A model generated the notes under the pieces. The model worked only from the letters and a program-made list of their open reading frames with translations. It searched no databases and was not told where the DNA came from. From the IMG/VR virus record IMGVR_UViG_3300020582_000005: a stretch of DNA of 64,000 nt; one strand, written 5' to 3'. Source of the DNA: a virus (lineage: Duplodnaviria > Heunggongvirae > Uroviricota > Caudoviricetes). Shown here piece after piece: positions 18,295-27,518 of this stretch. The position numbers and the translations under genes are program-made. Position 1 is the first letter of the stretch. Each line of letters starts with the position of its first letter.

Positions 18295-18713
18295 TCAATG
18301 GATTCACAGGTCGATATACTTTTCTGTCAAATTTCTATATCTATCCGATCAAATGGAGAGATAGAATTCTCATGTCAGCCGAACACGCCTACCAATCAGA
18401 GAAAACGACCGATCCAATTGACCGTGAGACTATCTACAATGCACCAAATCCGTCACAGGCAAAACGATTGGGCGGAAAGAAATATTTACATAGTTTACGT
18501 GCTGATTGGGATCGCATTAAAGATGCTATCATGCTTCAAATTCTTCGAGAAAAGTTTTTCGACTCGGACTTACGTATGAGACTTTTGGAAACCGGTGATC
18601 AGGAGTTAGTTGAAATGAATTGGTGGAATGACACATATTGGGGAGTCTGCAACGGAATCGGTAAGAATAAACTTGGAAAACTTTTAATGCAAGTTAGAGA
18701 GGAAATAAAATGA
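18285..18713 (+). CDS. NADAR (YbiA/DUF1768) domain protein
   Basis: GRYTFLSNFY, SAEHAYQSEK, RLGG and WWNDTYWGVCNG are the conserved NADAR blocks. Confidence 0.8.
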   Translation: MPMINGFTGRYTFLSNFYIYPIKWRDRILMSAEHAYQSEKTTDPIDRETIYNAPNPSQAKRLGGKKYLHSLRADWDRIKDAIMLQILREKFFDSDLRMRLLETGDQELVEMNWWNDTYWGVCNGIGKNKLGKLLMQVREEIK

Positions 18714-19020
18714 AGCATTTAGCTTGTTTAGGAATCGGTTTAAGCATACTCTTATTTGCATTCGCACCATTCTGCCTCATCGTGTTTGCGATTATAAAAC
18801 CAATGATAGGAGTACCGATATTCGTAATTCTTTTTGCTTATTTACTAGGTTTAGCATTTACACAATAAGGGAGAAAAATGAACTACATCTGCCATAAATG
18901 TCGTGTTCGTCAACCGGTCAAACAAGATGCTCCTGTACCGAAATGTCAAGACTGCGGGGAACAAATGCAGCCGGATGTCCTGAATGATCAGGAAGCAACT
19001 AAGAAAGGAATTTATCGGCG

Positions 19021-19305
19021 ATGGTAGAAATATCTCATAAACGAGAGCCGTTATGGAGCGGAATTAACGTTTGGGAAGTTGAATACAAAGTATATTGGAA
19101 TAAGCGTTGGGAAGTGCGAAAGAAACTTGTCATCGGTTTAAATTCTACATCAGGATGTGAAATGGAAGCGTTTATGTCTGTTGCCGCCGTATATGGTGGT
19201 CGAAAGATTAAAGCTCTGTCAGCAAGATTTCTCGGAACCGGCGTATTAGCTGGACACCCTTGGGAGCTTCAAAAGAAACATTGGCAGGATTTAAATAAGG
19301 CTTGA
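19021..19305 (+). CDS. hypothetical protein
   Basis: 94-aa ORF. Confidence 0.4.
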   Translation: MVEISHKREPLWSGINVWEVEYKVYWNKRWEVRKKLVIGLNSTSGCEMEAFMSVAAVYGGRKIKALSARFLGTGVLAGHPWELQKKHWQDLNKA

Positions 19306-19330
19306 CAATATTCTGAAAGTTTGATATTCT
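19302..19330 (+). promoter_or_regulatory. sigma70-like promoter, TTGACA(19302-19307)-17 nt-TATTCT(19325-19330)
   Basis: AAATAAGGCTTGACAATATTCTGAAAGTTTGATATTCT is almost identical to the copy at 30513-30550. The RBS GTGAGGA and the ATG at 19348 follow. Confidence 0.65.
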
Positions 19331-19347
19331 CTTAAAGTGAGGACAAA

Positions 19348-19698
19348 ATGGAAATAAGCAAGACAGCCCGAGCCAGTATGGGTAAGCAGGTTAAAGAAGT
19401 ACATGTTGAGACTCCAGAAGAGGCGATTCGTCAGCTTCGTCTGAATCGGGAAGCTGGATTGCATATCGGCGATATGTCACGAGTGGACGCTCTTTTAAAG
19501 GCTTACGACGAAGCCATTAAACTAGGCGAAGCTTTAGTTCAAGCTGCACCTATTCATGTAGCGACGGGCATCGAGATGGCTGAGCTTCCGGCTCAGGAAG
19601 AGGACCCGAATCATATGAACGATTTTGAACCGGAACCGGTGACTAGAATTATTCATAATTCAGACGGCTCGAATAAGTTTAAACACGGTGTAGAGTGA
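19348..19698 (+). CDS. hypothetical protein
   Basis: 116 aa, first gene after the promoter. Confidence 0.5.
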   Translation: MEISKTARASMGKQVKEVHVETPEEAIRQLRLNREAGLHIGDMSRVDALLKAYDEAIKLGEALVQAAPIHVATGIEMAELPAQEEDPNHMNDFEPEPVTRIIHNSDGSNKFKHGVE

Positions 19699-19892
19699 AA
19701 TACCTTTACATAGAAACGAAAGGTGATCGTAACTTTAGAATTGAAATAGGTGAACATGAGACTCGACCAGATTCAGCTATTGTAGTAGATTTTATACGGA
19801 ATGTTCAACAAAATGGCTTTTATTATCATGGAGAAGATAAAGCGGGATTTCCTTGGCACTCAATAGTTCAAGTCACTTTAAAGGGAATATGA
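19695..19892 (+). CDS. hypothetical protein
   Basis: 65 aa with ATGA coupling. Confidence 0.4.
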   Translation: MKYLYIETKGDRNFRIEIGEHETRPDSAIVVDFIRNVQQNGFYYHGEDKAGFPWHSIVQVTLKGI

Positions 19893-20221
19893 TTGAAACG
19901 AAAAATGCTGTGATAGAATCTATAGAAATCACTTCCGATGATCACGGGTGTTTGTCTGCATGGCTCTATCTAGACTACGGCGGAAGTGGTCAAGGATTTG
20001 GTGGATATGCTTTATATCTTCCGAAATCTTTTAAGAACCATACAATCGATTCCGGAGCCGGTCATTTTATTTATCGCTGCATGGAAATAGCTGGAGTGAC
20101 TGAATGGTCTAAGATGAAAGGAAAAACTATCCGTGTCCGTTGTGAACATGTTAAAGTTCACGCTATCGGGCACATTGTCAAGGATGATTGGTTTAATCCG
20201 TCTGAGGATTTTAAATCATGA
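19889..20221 (+). CDS. hypothetical protein
   Basis: An internal ATG at 19889 (MIETKNAV) overlaps the upstream TGA. The ORF-track start at 19853 would overlap the previous gene. Confidence 0.45.
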   Translation: MIETKNAVIESIEITSDDHGCLSAWLYLDYGGSGQGFGGYALYLPKSFKNHTIDSGAGHFIYRCMEIAGVTEWSKMKGKTIRVRCEHVKVHAIGHIVKDDWFNPSEDFKS

Positions 20222-20445
20222 GCTATCTAACGTTTACAGAAATTCCGAATCCGACTCGAAAGACTAAGCGATGGAAGGTTGAAAATATTCAATATGGGGG
20301 ACAACTTGGAATCATTTCATTTAATCCTTCGTGGCGAACGTATGTGTTTTGTAATTCAAATTTGATACAATTAGATGCTGGATGCCTAGAAGAAATCGTA
20401 AATTTTCTTAAAGAACAAACTGGATTGTGGAGAAATAGTCTGTGA
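20218..20445 (+). CDS. hypothetical protein
   Basis: 75 aa. Confidence 0.4.
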   Translation: MSYLTFTEIPNPTRKTKRWKVENIQYGGQLGIISFNPSWRTYVFCNSNLIQLDAGCLEEIVNFLKEQTGLWRNSL

Positions 20446-20654
20446 CAAATTTTCGTTGTAAGTTTTACAAACGTGCTTTCAAGTATAACTCTGCTCCAAT
20501 TGAGTTTGCCAAAATAGATTTAGAAATTGTTGTCAAGGCGTGGGATATAGAAGAGGCTATTTCAAACGGTAAAGCAGTTATCAAAAGTTTGGGAATAACA
20601 GAAGGTATTCTATCGTTAACTGAAATAGAGGAATCAAAATCGTGGGGAATTTGA
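20442..20654 (+). CDS. hypothetical protein
   Basis: 70 aa. Confidence 0.4.
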   Translation: MTNFRCKFYKRAFKYNSAPIEFAKIDLEIVVKAWDIEEAISNGKAVIKSLGITEGILSLTEIEESKSWGI

Positions 20655-20657
20655 TCG

Positions 20658-21158
20658 ATGCGAATTAACTTATTCGGCGGTCCAGGCAGTGGAAAGAGTA
20701 CTACGGCAGCATGGTTGTTCTCGGAATTGAAGCGGCGATTGGTAAGTGTAGAGCACGTCAATGAGTACGTCAAAGCATGGGCCTACGCCAAGCGACCTGT
20801 CGATCACTATGATCAGATTTACATCATGGCGAAGCAGATGCAGTATGAGTACCGGTTTCTGAAGAATGGTATCAAGAACACTGTAACAGATTCGCCGGTT
20901 GATTTGAGTATCGTCTACTCGCCGGAACATTTGAAGCCAGCGATGCGTTTGCTTAGTCAGACGTACAATCAAGACTTCGCTTATGAGAACATTTTCATTC
21001 GTCGGGGAGATAAGCCGTACGTTCAAGAGGGACGATATCAAGATAAGATACGAGCTTTGGAAGTTGATCATAAAATCAAGGAAGAAATTGGCACCATGGT
21101 AGAGTTTGACTTCGGTGATCCGGCTGTGCTAGACTATGTTTTAGCGAGAATCAGATGA
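20658..21158 (+). CDS. P-loop kinase (T4 Pnk-kinase/AAA_33-like)
   Basis: The Walker A sequence INLFGGPGSGKSTTAAWL closely resembles the polynucleotide kinase and nucleotide kinase GxPGSGKST motif. Confidence 0.6.
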   Translation: MRINLFGGPGSGKSTTAAWLFSELKRRLVSVEHVNEYVKAWAYAKRPVDHYDQIYIMAKQMQYEYRFLKNGIKNTVTDSPVDLSIVYSPEHLKPAMRLLSQTYNQDFAYENIFIRRGDKPYVQEGRYQDKIRALEVDHKIKEEIGTMVEFDFGDPAVLDYVLARIR

Positions 21159-21355
21159 AGTGGTTAACGCCTGCACATCCAAAGCACGGAGACAAACGCT
21201 TCCGGAAGATATTTGCGTGGTTTCCAATCGAATGTGATGATGGAACTACTCGTTGGTTAGAAACTCTCTACGTAGAAGAGACTTGGTTTCAAAGTACTAC
21301 TAGGAGTCACTGGCATTGGTGGTCTAAGAAAAAGTATATCACGGTGAACAAATGA
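21155..21355 (+). CDS. hypothetical protein
   Basis: 66 aa. Confidence 0.35.
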   Translation: MKWLTPAHPKHGDKRFRKIFAWFPIECDDGTTRWLETLYVEETWFQSTTRSHWHWWSKKKYITVNK

Positions 21356-22080
21356 AAACTTGGTTGATTTCAGACACGCATTTTAATCATCAGAATATCG
21401 CCACGTACTGTCAACGTCCGGATAATTTTACCGAGTTGATCGTCCGGAACTGGCAGAATAAAGTTCATCCAAATGATATGGTTATCCATGTGGGCGATGT
21501 TTTTATCGGCAAGCCGGATGGCTGGCGTCAGATTTACCCGCTGTTGCCCGGTAGAAAGGTATTGGTACGGGGCAACCACGATAAACATCCGTCTTTGTGG
21601 TGGATGGAGAATGGCTTCGATATCGCCATAGATGCCATGATCTTCCGGCACACGTGGATTACTCATCGACCGGCACAATCATTGCCGAAGCACACTTACT
21701 TGAACATTCACGGTCATTTGCACAACATCTGGCATGGTTTTCACAAAGATGAGCCAGATACCCGAGTGATCAATAACCAAGGCCGATTGCATAACCGTTG
21801 GCAGCGTTTGTTTGCTGTCGAATACGCTGATTACGGTCCTGTTGAGTTTGAAGATTTTCTTGCTCATCCGGACAAGTATCAGGCTCGTGGTCCCGCTGCC
21901 GAAGCTGAAGCAGATTATGAGGCACAAGTCTTTCAGGACGAGAAAGAAGCAAAACGTAAAGAACGACTTGCGAACCACATCTGTAAATCAGATAAGTGCC
22001 GTTGCCCAAAAGCAGAGGCGAATAGAACTCCTGAAATGATTGCCGAGAACTATTCGCCCTCTCCTATGGAGCGGGACTAG
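21352..22080 (+). CDS. calcineurin-like metallophosphoesterase
   Basis: Contains the ordered MPP motifs LISDTHFNH, GDVF and GNHD. Confidence 0.75.
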   Translation: MKTWLISDTHFNHQNIATYCQRPDNFTELIVRNWQNKVHPNDMVIHVGDVFIGKPDGWRQIYPLLPGRKVLVRGNHDKHPSLWWMENGFDIAIDAMIFRHTWITHRPAQSLPKHTYLNIHGHLHNIWHGFHKDEPDTRVINNQGRLHNRWQRLFAVEYADYGPVEFEDFLAHPDKYQARGPAAEAEADYEAQVFQDEKEAKRKERLANHICKSDKCRCPKAEANRTPEMIAENYSPSPMERD

Positions 22081-22508
22081 TGAGAAAATACACATCGATT
22101 TTCGCTACTGCTGAGCATAAACTGATTACTTCCATCAAAGATGTGAAGGGCCGGTGGAGCTATCATACAATGGGTTTCTTTTTAAACGGAGAAGCAATTG
22201 GGCACGGTTCGTTAAATTTAATAAGTAAAAGACGTAAAATTTTTGAAACTAGTGCCACGGAAATTTTCAAAAAGTTTAGAAACAAAGGGCATGGGATTCA
22301 TCTTTATATAGCTCTGATTGAAACAGCCAGGAGCATTGGAGCTAAACAAATTCAATCTGATAATACGTTGAATCAATTTTCTCGACGTATGTGGCAGGAG
22401 AAATTAGCGAAAATTTATCCGGTTAAAATAAGAAAAACTAGACGACCATGTTCTCATTGTGACCAGGATGGATTGAGACGAAAATACTTCTACATAGAGC
22501 TAACATGA
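22080..22508 (+). CDS. hypothetical protein (possible GNAT-like fold)
   Basis: 142 aa. The GNAT assignment is weak and rests on HGIHLYIALIETARSIGAKQI. Confidence 0.35.
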   Translation: MRKYTSIFATAEHKLITSIKDVKGRWSYHTMGFFLNGEAIGHGSLNLISKRRKIFETSATEIFKKFRNKGHGIHLYIALIETARSIGAKQIQSDNTLNQFSRRMWQEKLAKIYPVKIRKTRRPCSHCDQDGLRRKYFYIELT

Positions 22509-22605
22509 GTTGGGATACATTAACTGCCCCGCAATGGGCTACTTTGTTCGGTGTTCTCTTGATCGCTGTAGTCTTGATTGCAGCCGATTTGATAAATGAT
22601 GAACC

Positions 22606-22872
22606 ATGGGGAGGATTCAAGCTATGAATGGTATGACAACGTTACAGTATTTCGACAAGCAGAAGCGGGATGAAGTCTATAACCGATTACGTCAATCAGA
22701 GGAACCAAATGAGCGTCAAGTTATACGTTATTCGGACCCTGTTCCGATCATGCTCAGTGAAGAGGAATTCAAGTTGGATCAGAAAAATCGAGTCATATAC
22801 AAAACTGGGTATTTTCTAGCGTATCCCGAGGAGTGTACATGGAAAAGATTGAAGAGAAAATCAGCAGAATAG
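22606..22872 (+). CDS. hypothetical protein
   Basis: 88 aa. Confidence 0.4.
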   Translation: MGRIQAMNGMTTLQYFDKQKRDEVYNRLRQSEEPNERQVIRYSDPVPIMLSEEEFKLDQKNRVIYKTGYFLAYPEECTWKRLKRKSAE

Positions 22873-23109
22873 TTCTTTCCGCACTGATGTTTGTGGCGAT
22901 TCTTTTTATACTCATACCACTATTCGGTAAGTTGATCGCTCTAGGATTGTTGAAGTTGTTCACGTACTATCTATGATCGTAAACTTAGATAGATTCGAAC
23001 ACTGGAAAGAAATACTCGATAGGTTTGAAGCCGGAGAATTGATTGACACGACAGCCAGTAAAATGCTTCAAGATTTAAGAGACAAAGAACGTAAAGAATT
23101 TGAGGAATC

Positions 23110-23679
23110 ATGCCCGACAACGACCAAGAAATAAAAGATCATTTGCTTGAAAAGTTTAATGAGCTAGCTGAGAAAGAAGTAATAGATAAGGCAAAGCGAG
23201 ACGATTTTATGGCGAGAATGCAGAAAAAGATGCAAATTGAACTAATGAAAGTTCAGCAAGCTTGTTCACATAGGAAGGGGCAGGCGTGGACTATCCCGAC
23301 TCCGGATATAAATAGCGAGAGTTTCCTAAAGTTTGAACCTAAACTTCCTTTATTTGTGTTCGATTTCTGTATAATCATGCACACATTTGTAGATGGCAAT
23401 CAAATGATCAAATGTGTCATGTGCAACCGAACGTGGTATAACACTGATCCTGATTTTCCTGAAGCTTTGAAAATGGTCATGGCTTCTTCAAATAAGCCTT
23501 CCGCTAGTGAAAGATTAATCAATGGAGCGACGTCTGCTCTCCCGCCTAACATAGTCACGTATGTGACTCCCCTGAAAAAGAGTTTCTGGAAACGGTTTTG
23601 GATAGCTTTGACTACTCCGAATGAAAGAAAAGCTTTAAATGATGCAATAGAAGAATTCAAGGGAGATGATAATGTTTAG
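23110..23679 (+). CDS. hypothetical protein
   Basis: 189 aa. Confidence 0.45.
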   Translation: MPDNDQEIKDHLLEKFNELAEKEVIDKAKRDDFMARMQKKMQIELMKVQQACSHRKGQAWTIPTPDINSESFLKFEPKLPLFVFDFCIIMHTFVDGNQMIKCVMCNRTWYNTDPDFPEALKMVMASSNKPSASERLINGATSALPPNIVTYVTPLKKSFWKRFWIALTTPNERKALNDAIEEFKGDDNV

Positions 23680-23914
23680 TCGGGAGGACCTTGTAATACC
23701 AGTCAGTGGTTGGGTACCGAATATCGAGCCGGGTAAAAAATGCACTCACGGAGTTTATATTCCGTCAACTCAAGAGCAGCAATTGTTTGCAGATAATTGC
23801 CAAGTATGCACCGGCTTGATAGGATATTTAACCAGGACCGGAAAGACTTTGGAAGAGGCTAATGCGAGAGTTAAATTTTTATGGAATCGTTTAGATAAAA
23901 AAGAGGAACAATGA
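23666..23914 (+). CDS. hypothetical protein
   Basis: 82 aa. Confidence 0.4.
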   Translation: MIMFSREDLVIPVSGWVPNIEPGKKCTHGVYIPSTQEQQLFADNCQVCTGLIGYLTRTGKTLEEANARVKFLWNRLDKKEEQ

Positions 23915-24061
23915 AGTTAAATCTCGACCGGGTACAAGAACTTTCCGAAACCTTGGCTCTCTTATTAAAAGACCGTCATCCTGGCTTAGTAACGTGGAGA
24001 GAATCTGTACTACAAATTTTAGAGCAATTACGAAAAGAACTACTTTAGGAGAAGCAATTAA

Positions 24062-24529
24062 ATGGCGGATTCAAAAATTGCAATAGCAAAAACCCTGATT
24101 AATGAGGGCGGGTATGTCGACAACCCAAACGATTCGGGTGGCCCGACAAAATACGGTATCACTCAGAAGGATATGCCTGGAGTGAACATTCAGGATATAA
24201 CTTCAGATCAGGCAACGGCGTATTATCAGGAGCACTATTGGAAGAGTCTCTATTCTGAAATTAGCTCCCAACTAGTGACCGATAAAATTTTTGATATGGG
24301 CGTCCTGTTCGGCGTCGGCGAAGCTATCAAACTACTTCAAATTCTCCTAGGCGTCCAGGTGGACTGCGACTTCGGTCCCCATACCCTAGCCTGCTTGAAT
24401 CAAATTGATCCTGCAAATTTGTTGACAACGTACAAGACGGCTCTAGTTACATATGCTATCGGTATCGCTAACGATAAGCCACAGGATCGGGTGTTCCTGA
24501 ACGGGTGGATACGTCGAGTGAATAGTTAA
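24062..24529 (+). CDS. endolysin, GH108 N-acetylmuramidase with C-terminal peptidoglycan-binding domain
   Basis: The N-terminus AKTLINEGGYVDNPNDSGGPTKYGIT is the GH108 signature, with the C-terminal region typical of PG_binding_3. Confidence 0.8.
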   Translation: MADSKIAIAKTLINEGGYVDNPNDSGGPTKYGITQKDMPGVNIQDITSDQATAYYQEHYWKSLYSEISSQLVTDKIFDMGVLFGVGEAIKLLQILLGVQVDCDFGPHTLACLNQIDPANLLTTYKTALVTYAIGIANDKPQDRVFLNGWIRRVNS

Positions 24530-24823
24530 ATGATCTATGATTTTGAATTTAAAAAGCTGACTCCGAAGGAACGAGAAATACTCCGAGTTAATTCTCGATT
24601 GATCGATCAACTGTTAGAACGCTGTCCTGGTGAATGCGGTAATCCAGATTGTAAGTACCCGTTACCGTCAGTAGATAATTATCGCACTGTCGAATTTGGT
24701 GAAGTTTGTGAATTGTGCTACTATATGTATAAGATTTTGTATGAAAAAGCATACTTCTTAAAACTACACCGAGAATGGAAGCGAGATCACCCGGATAAAA
24801 ATGGAAACACAGAAATATATTAG
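24530..24823 (+). CDS. hypothetical Cys-containing protein
   Basis: 97 aa. Confidence 0.4.
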   Translation: MIYDFEFKKLTPKEREILRVNSRLIDQLLERCPGECGNPDCKYPLPSVDNYRTVEFGEVCELCYYMYKILYEKAYFLKLHREWKRDHPDKNGNTEIY

Positions 24824-24833
24824 GAGAATAAAA

Positions 24834-25190
24834 ATGAATAGACGAACATCAAATCCGTATGTAGAAAATTTTACAGATAGGGAAGATATTATCAACAACT
24901 ACCATGCTCCTGATGACGCCCTGAAAGGAGCTAAGATATATCTAGCTTGGTATGGCTACGGCAATTACGACGGTCAATCGTTAGTGATCTTTGAAAAAGA
25001 CGGCCAGCTTTATGAAGTAAACGGTTCACACTGCTCGTGCAACGGATTAGAGGGGCAGTGGTCGCCTGAAGAAACTTCATGGAAGGCTCTTTCTGGACGT
25101 AACATAGACGACAATCATACAACCGGAGCCGCAGTGGCAAATGAACTTCTGAAGAAATTAGTTAAAAAACATCTTGACAAGAAGAAGTAA
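24834..25190 (+). CDS. hypothetical protein
   Basis: Start at MNRRTSNPYV after the RBS TAGGAGAATAAAA. The earlier ORF-track start overlaps the upstream gene. Confidence 0.4.
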   Translation: MNRRTSNPYVENFTDREDIINNYHAPDDALKGAKIYLAWYGYGNYDGQSLVIFEKDGQLYEVNGSHCSCNGLEGQWSPEETSWKALSGRNIDDNHTTGAAVANELLKKLVKKHLDKKK

Positions 25191-25218
25191 ATTTGTTAAT
25201 CTAACAATAGAGGCGAAC

Positions 25219-25437
25219 ATGGAAAAAGAAACAAAAGAGCAGCGATTCACCCGGCTTGCCACAGCCCGAGTTAATAAGGCTATCAAGGCAATCCGAGTTG
25301 TCGGTAGGTTGGCGAAGCAGAATACCAATCCGGAGTACGCTACTAAAATTGTCAGTGCATTGGTAGCGGCTGTGGACTTGGTTGAGGCTCAGTTCCAGCC
25401 TAAGGCAGACGAGGAAAAGACGGGATTCGCACTCTAA
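25219..25437 (+). CDS. hypothetical protein
   Basis: Start at MEKETKEQRF after GAGGCGAAC. Confidence 0.4.
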   Translation: MEKETKEQRFTRLATARVNKAIKAIRVVGRLAKQNTNPEYATKIVSALVAAVDLVEAQFQPKADEEKTGFAL

Positions 25438-25514
25438 GACATGACCGGGAAAGTGGAGGCGAGTGGCAGTACCACCGCTTTCGGCGAGTACCGGTCTAAT
25501 TTTAAGGAGATAAA

Positions 25515-25883
25515 ATGTGCATAGAAGAAGTTAGTAATAAGAAACCTGTGCTGAGTGGTTATGGTTACAAAGTTTTCCGAGTAGACAACAATACTTTGTA
25601 TTCCGCATTCATGGACACGCCGAATCCGGGGAATGAGTGGCTTATAGCAGAAGATAGTGGACATGACGAACCTGGATTTCATATTTATACGACACGGGAA
25701 AAAGCTGACGAATGTGTTCGTTGGTACGATAACTTTATATGTAGGCGTGAGAAACCAGAAAACCGAGACATTTATAAGGTTTTTAAGGTTCGATATCGCA
25801 AAGCTACAAAACAAGGAATTGGAGACGGCGGATTCACTAAGAATCCACGAATAATCATAGCACAAGAAATGTACATTCTTTAG
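25515..25883 (+). CDS. hypothetical protein
   Basis: The RBS TAAGGAGATAAAATG precedes it. It is preferred over the antisense ORF 25434-25913 on strand context. Confidence 0.45.
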   Translation: MCIEEVSNKKPVLSGYGYKVFRVDNNTLYSAFMDTPNPGNEWLIAEDSGHDEPGFHIYTTREKADECVRWYDNFICRREKPENRDIYKVFKVRYRKATKQGIGDGGFTKNPRIIIAQEMYIL

Positions 25884-25891
25884 GAGAAACC

Positions 25892-26425
25892 ATGCGAGAC
25901 TGGTTAAAGGCACTTGGAATCACAGTAGCTTCAATGTCGCCACTAGGATTAATTTTCCTGATGCTTTTACCGGTACCGACACATACTATGGCGGTTAATC
26001 CTAGTCCCTACGATGTTCCAGCTTATCGCCAAGCCTTCTTTGACGCTAGCAGAATTTATGGCAAAGCTGGCTGCGGCGATATAACTCTTGCTGAAATGAC
26101 CGCTGAGAATTCACTCAGAACTGGCGTACCAGCTAACATAATCGCTGCCATCATCAGCGTCGAATCGTCCTGCAATCCGCTGGCGATCAGCAATCGTGGC
26201 GCAGTTGGTTTGACTCAAGTGAACGTTAAAGTGCAATCTGAAAAATTTGAACAATTTAGTGCAATCAATCTTTTTAATCCGAAAGAGAACATGCGAGTCG
26301 GCACTCAAATTATGTCTGAAATGATCAAACAATATGGACTACGCTCTGGTATAAGTCACTACGACGGCGTAGGACCAGAAGCTGACGCCTATGTTCTAAA
26401 GGTGTTGGCACTGGCTGGCAAATGA
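25892..26425 (+). CDS. SLT-domain lytic transglycosylase with N-terminal signal-anchor
   Basis: The N-terminal hydrophobic LGITVASMSPLGLIFLMLL is followed by the SLT core IISVESSCNPLAISNRGAVGLTQV. The RBS GGAGAAACC lies upstream. Confidence 0.75.
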   Translation: MRDWLKALGITVASMSPLGLIFLMLLPVPTHTMAVNPSPYDVPAYRQAFFDASRIYGKAGCGDITLAEMTAENSLRTGVPANIIAAIISVESSCNPLAISNRGAVGLTQVNVKVQSEKFEQFSAINLFNPKENMRVGTQIMSEMIKQYGLRSGISHYDGVGPEADAYVLKVLALAGK

Positions 26426-26552
26426 ACGATCTTATCAAACGCAATTCTGAACTAGAACAAGAGAATATTCAACTAAAGAAACGTGCCGAAAAAGCAGAAC
26501 AAACACTACTAGAAATTCAAGCAGCGTGGAAAACTATCACCAGAATTATGAG

Positions 26553-27518
26553 ATGCTATTCATGAGTTTACCTGGGGCTACAGACGTTGGTGTAGTGATC
26601 GGTCGATTTCAAGTGCCGAATCTTCACGAAGGTCATCGGAGTCTACTCGATTTAGTCGCAACTAGACATAAACGGGTTTTAATTCTACTAGGATCGCCTG
26701 CGTGGAAGGGTGGTAAGAGTGATCCTCTTGACTACCATACTCGGGCATTGATGTTTCATCAAGAGTATCCAGACTTTCTAGTTGCACCAGTGACAGATAC
26801 GCAATCAAATGATCAGTGGTCAGAGCAAGTAGATAAAATTATCCAGAGTGTATTTTCACTTTGTCAAGTGACACTTTATGGAGCACGAGACAGTTTCATC
26901 GATCAATATAATGGGCGATACAAAACAAGCGAAATTATACAGTCTGTTGAATCTTCTGGCACAACTGTTCGAGAATATACAGCAGCCATGCCTCAGGAAA
27001 AAGAAAGTTTCCGTGCCGGTGCAATCTATGGAATTCTAAACAATCCAAGTCTGATAGTGCCATGCGTTGACGGCGCTGTCTTAAGAAAGAGCGAGGATGA
27101 AATTCGAGTTGTATTGATCAGGAAACCAGATGAAAAACTTCTCAAATTTCCTGGTGGGAAAGTGGAATACGATGACAAATCCTACGAATCCGCCGTCAAT
27201 CGAGAAGTCCGAGAAGAAACCGGACTTGAAGTCGGAACCCCGATCTACGTCACGTCCAGTTGTAGTCTGCCTGATTGGAGAGCTATCGGCGCTGGAATTG
27301 CTGTACATACTTCTCTCTTTGCGCTCCGATTTATATATGGCGCTCCCAAAGGTCGAGACGACGCAGCTGAAGCCGGATGGTTCAACCTCTTTGAAATAAA
27401 AGAGGCGCAGATGGAAGATTGCCATAAAAAGTTGTTGACAACTTTGAAAGCTTGGGTTAGTATAAATTCAGGAGACTTCTTCAATGACGAATTTACTGCT
27501 GCAGACCGACTCATATAA
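26553..27518 (+). CDS. nadM: bifunctional NMN adenylyltransferase / Nudix hydrolase (NadM-Nudix type)
   Basis: The N-terminus VGVVIGRFQVPNLHEGH carries the (H/T)xGH nucleotidyltransferase motif. The C-terminal Nudix box is GGKVEYDDKSYESAVNREVREETGLE. The start is uncertain (26526, 26553 or 26562). Confidence 0.8.
   Translation: MLFMSLPGATDVGVVIGRFQVPNLHEGHRSLLDLVATRHKRVLILLGSPAWKGGKSDPLDYHTRALMFHQEYPDFLVAPVTDTQSNDQWSEQVDKIIQSVFSLCQVTLYGARDSFIDQYNGRYKTSEIIQSVESSGTTVREYTAAMPQEKESFRAGAIYGILNNPSLIVPCVDGAVLRKSEDEIRVVLIRKPDEKLLKFPGGKVEYDDKSYESAVNREVREETGLEVGTPIYVTSSCSLPDWRAIGAGIAVHTSLFALRFIYGAPKGRDDAAEAGWFNLFEIKEAQMEDCHKKLLTTLKAWVSINSGDFFNDEFTAADRLI

Noticed and set aside
20670-21978. Minus-strand ORFs antisense to the kinase and metallophosphoesterase genes (20670-21071, 21370-21678, 21679-21978, 21770-22009)
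   Set aside because: They are embedded in plus-strand genes that carry clear catalytic motifs, and no support was found for a minus-strand gene.
25434-25913. 159-aa minus-strand ORF overlapping 25515-25883 (+)
   Set aside because: The plus-strand ORF has a strong RBS (TAAGGAGATAAAATG) and fits the unidirectional gene block. The minus ORF is hydrophobic low-complexity.
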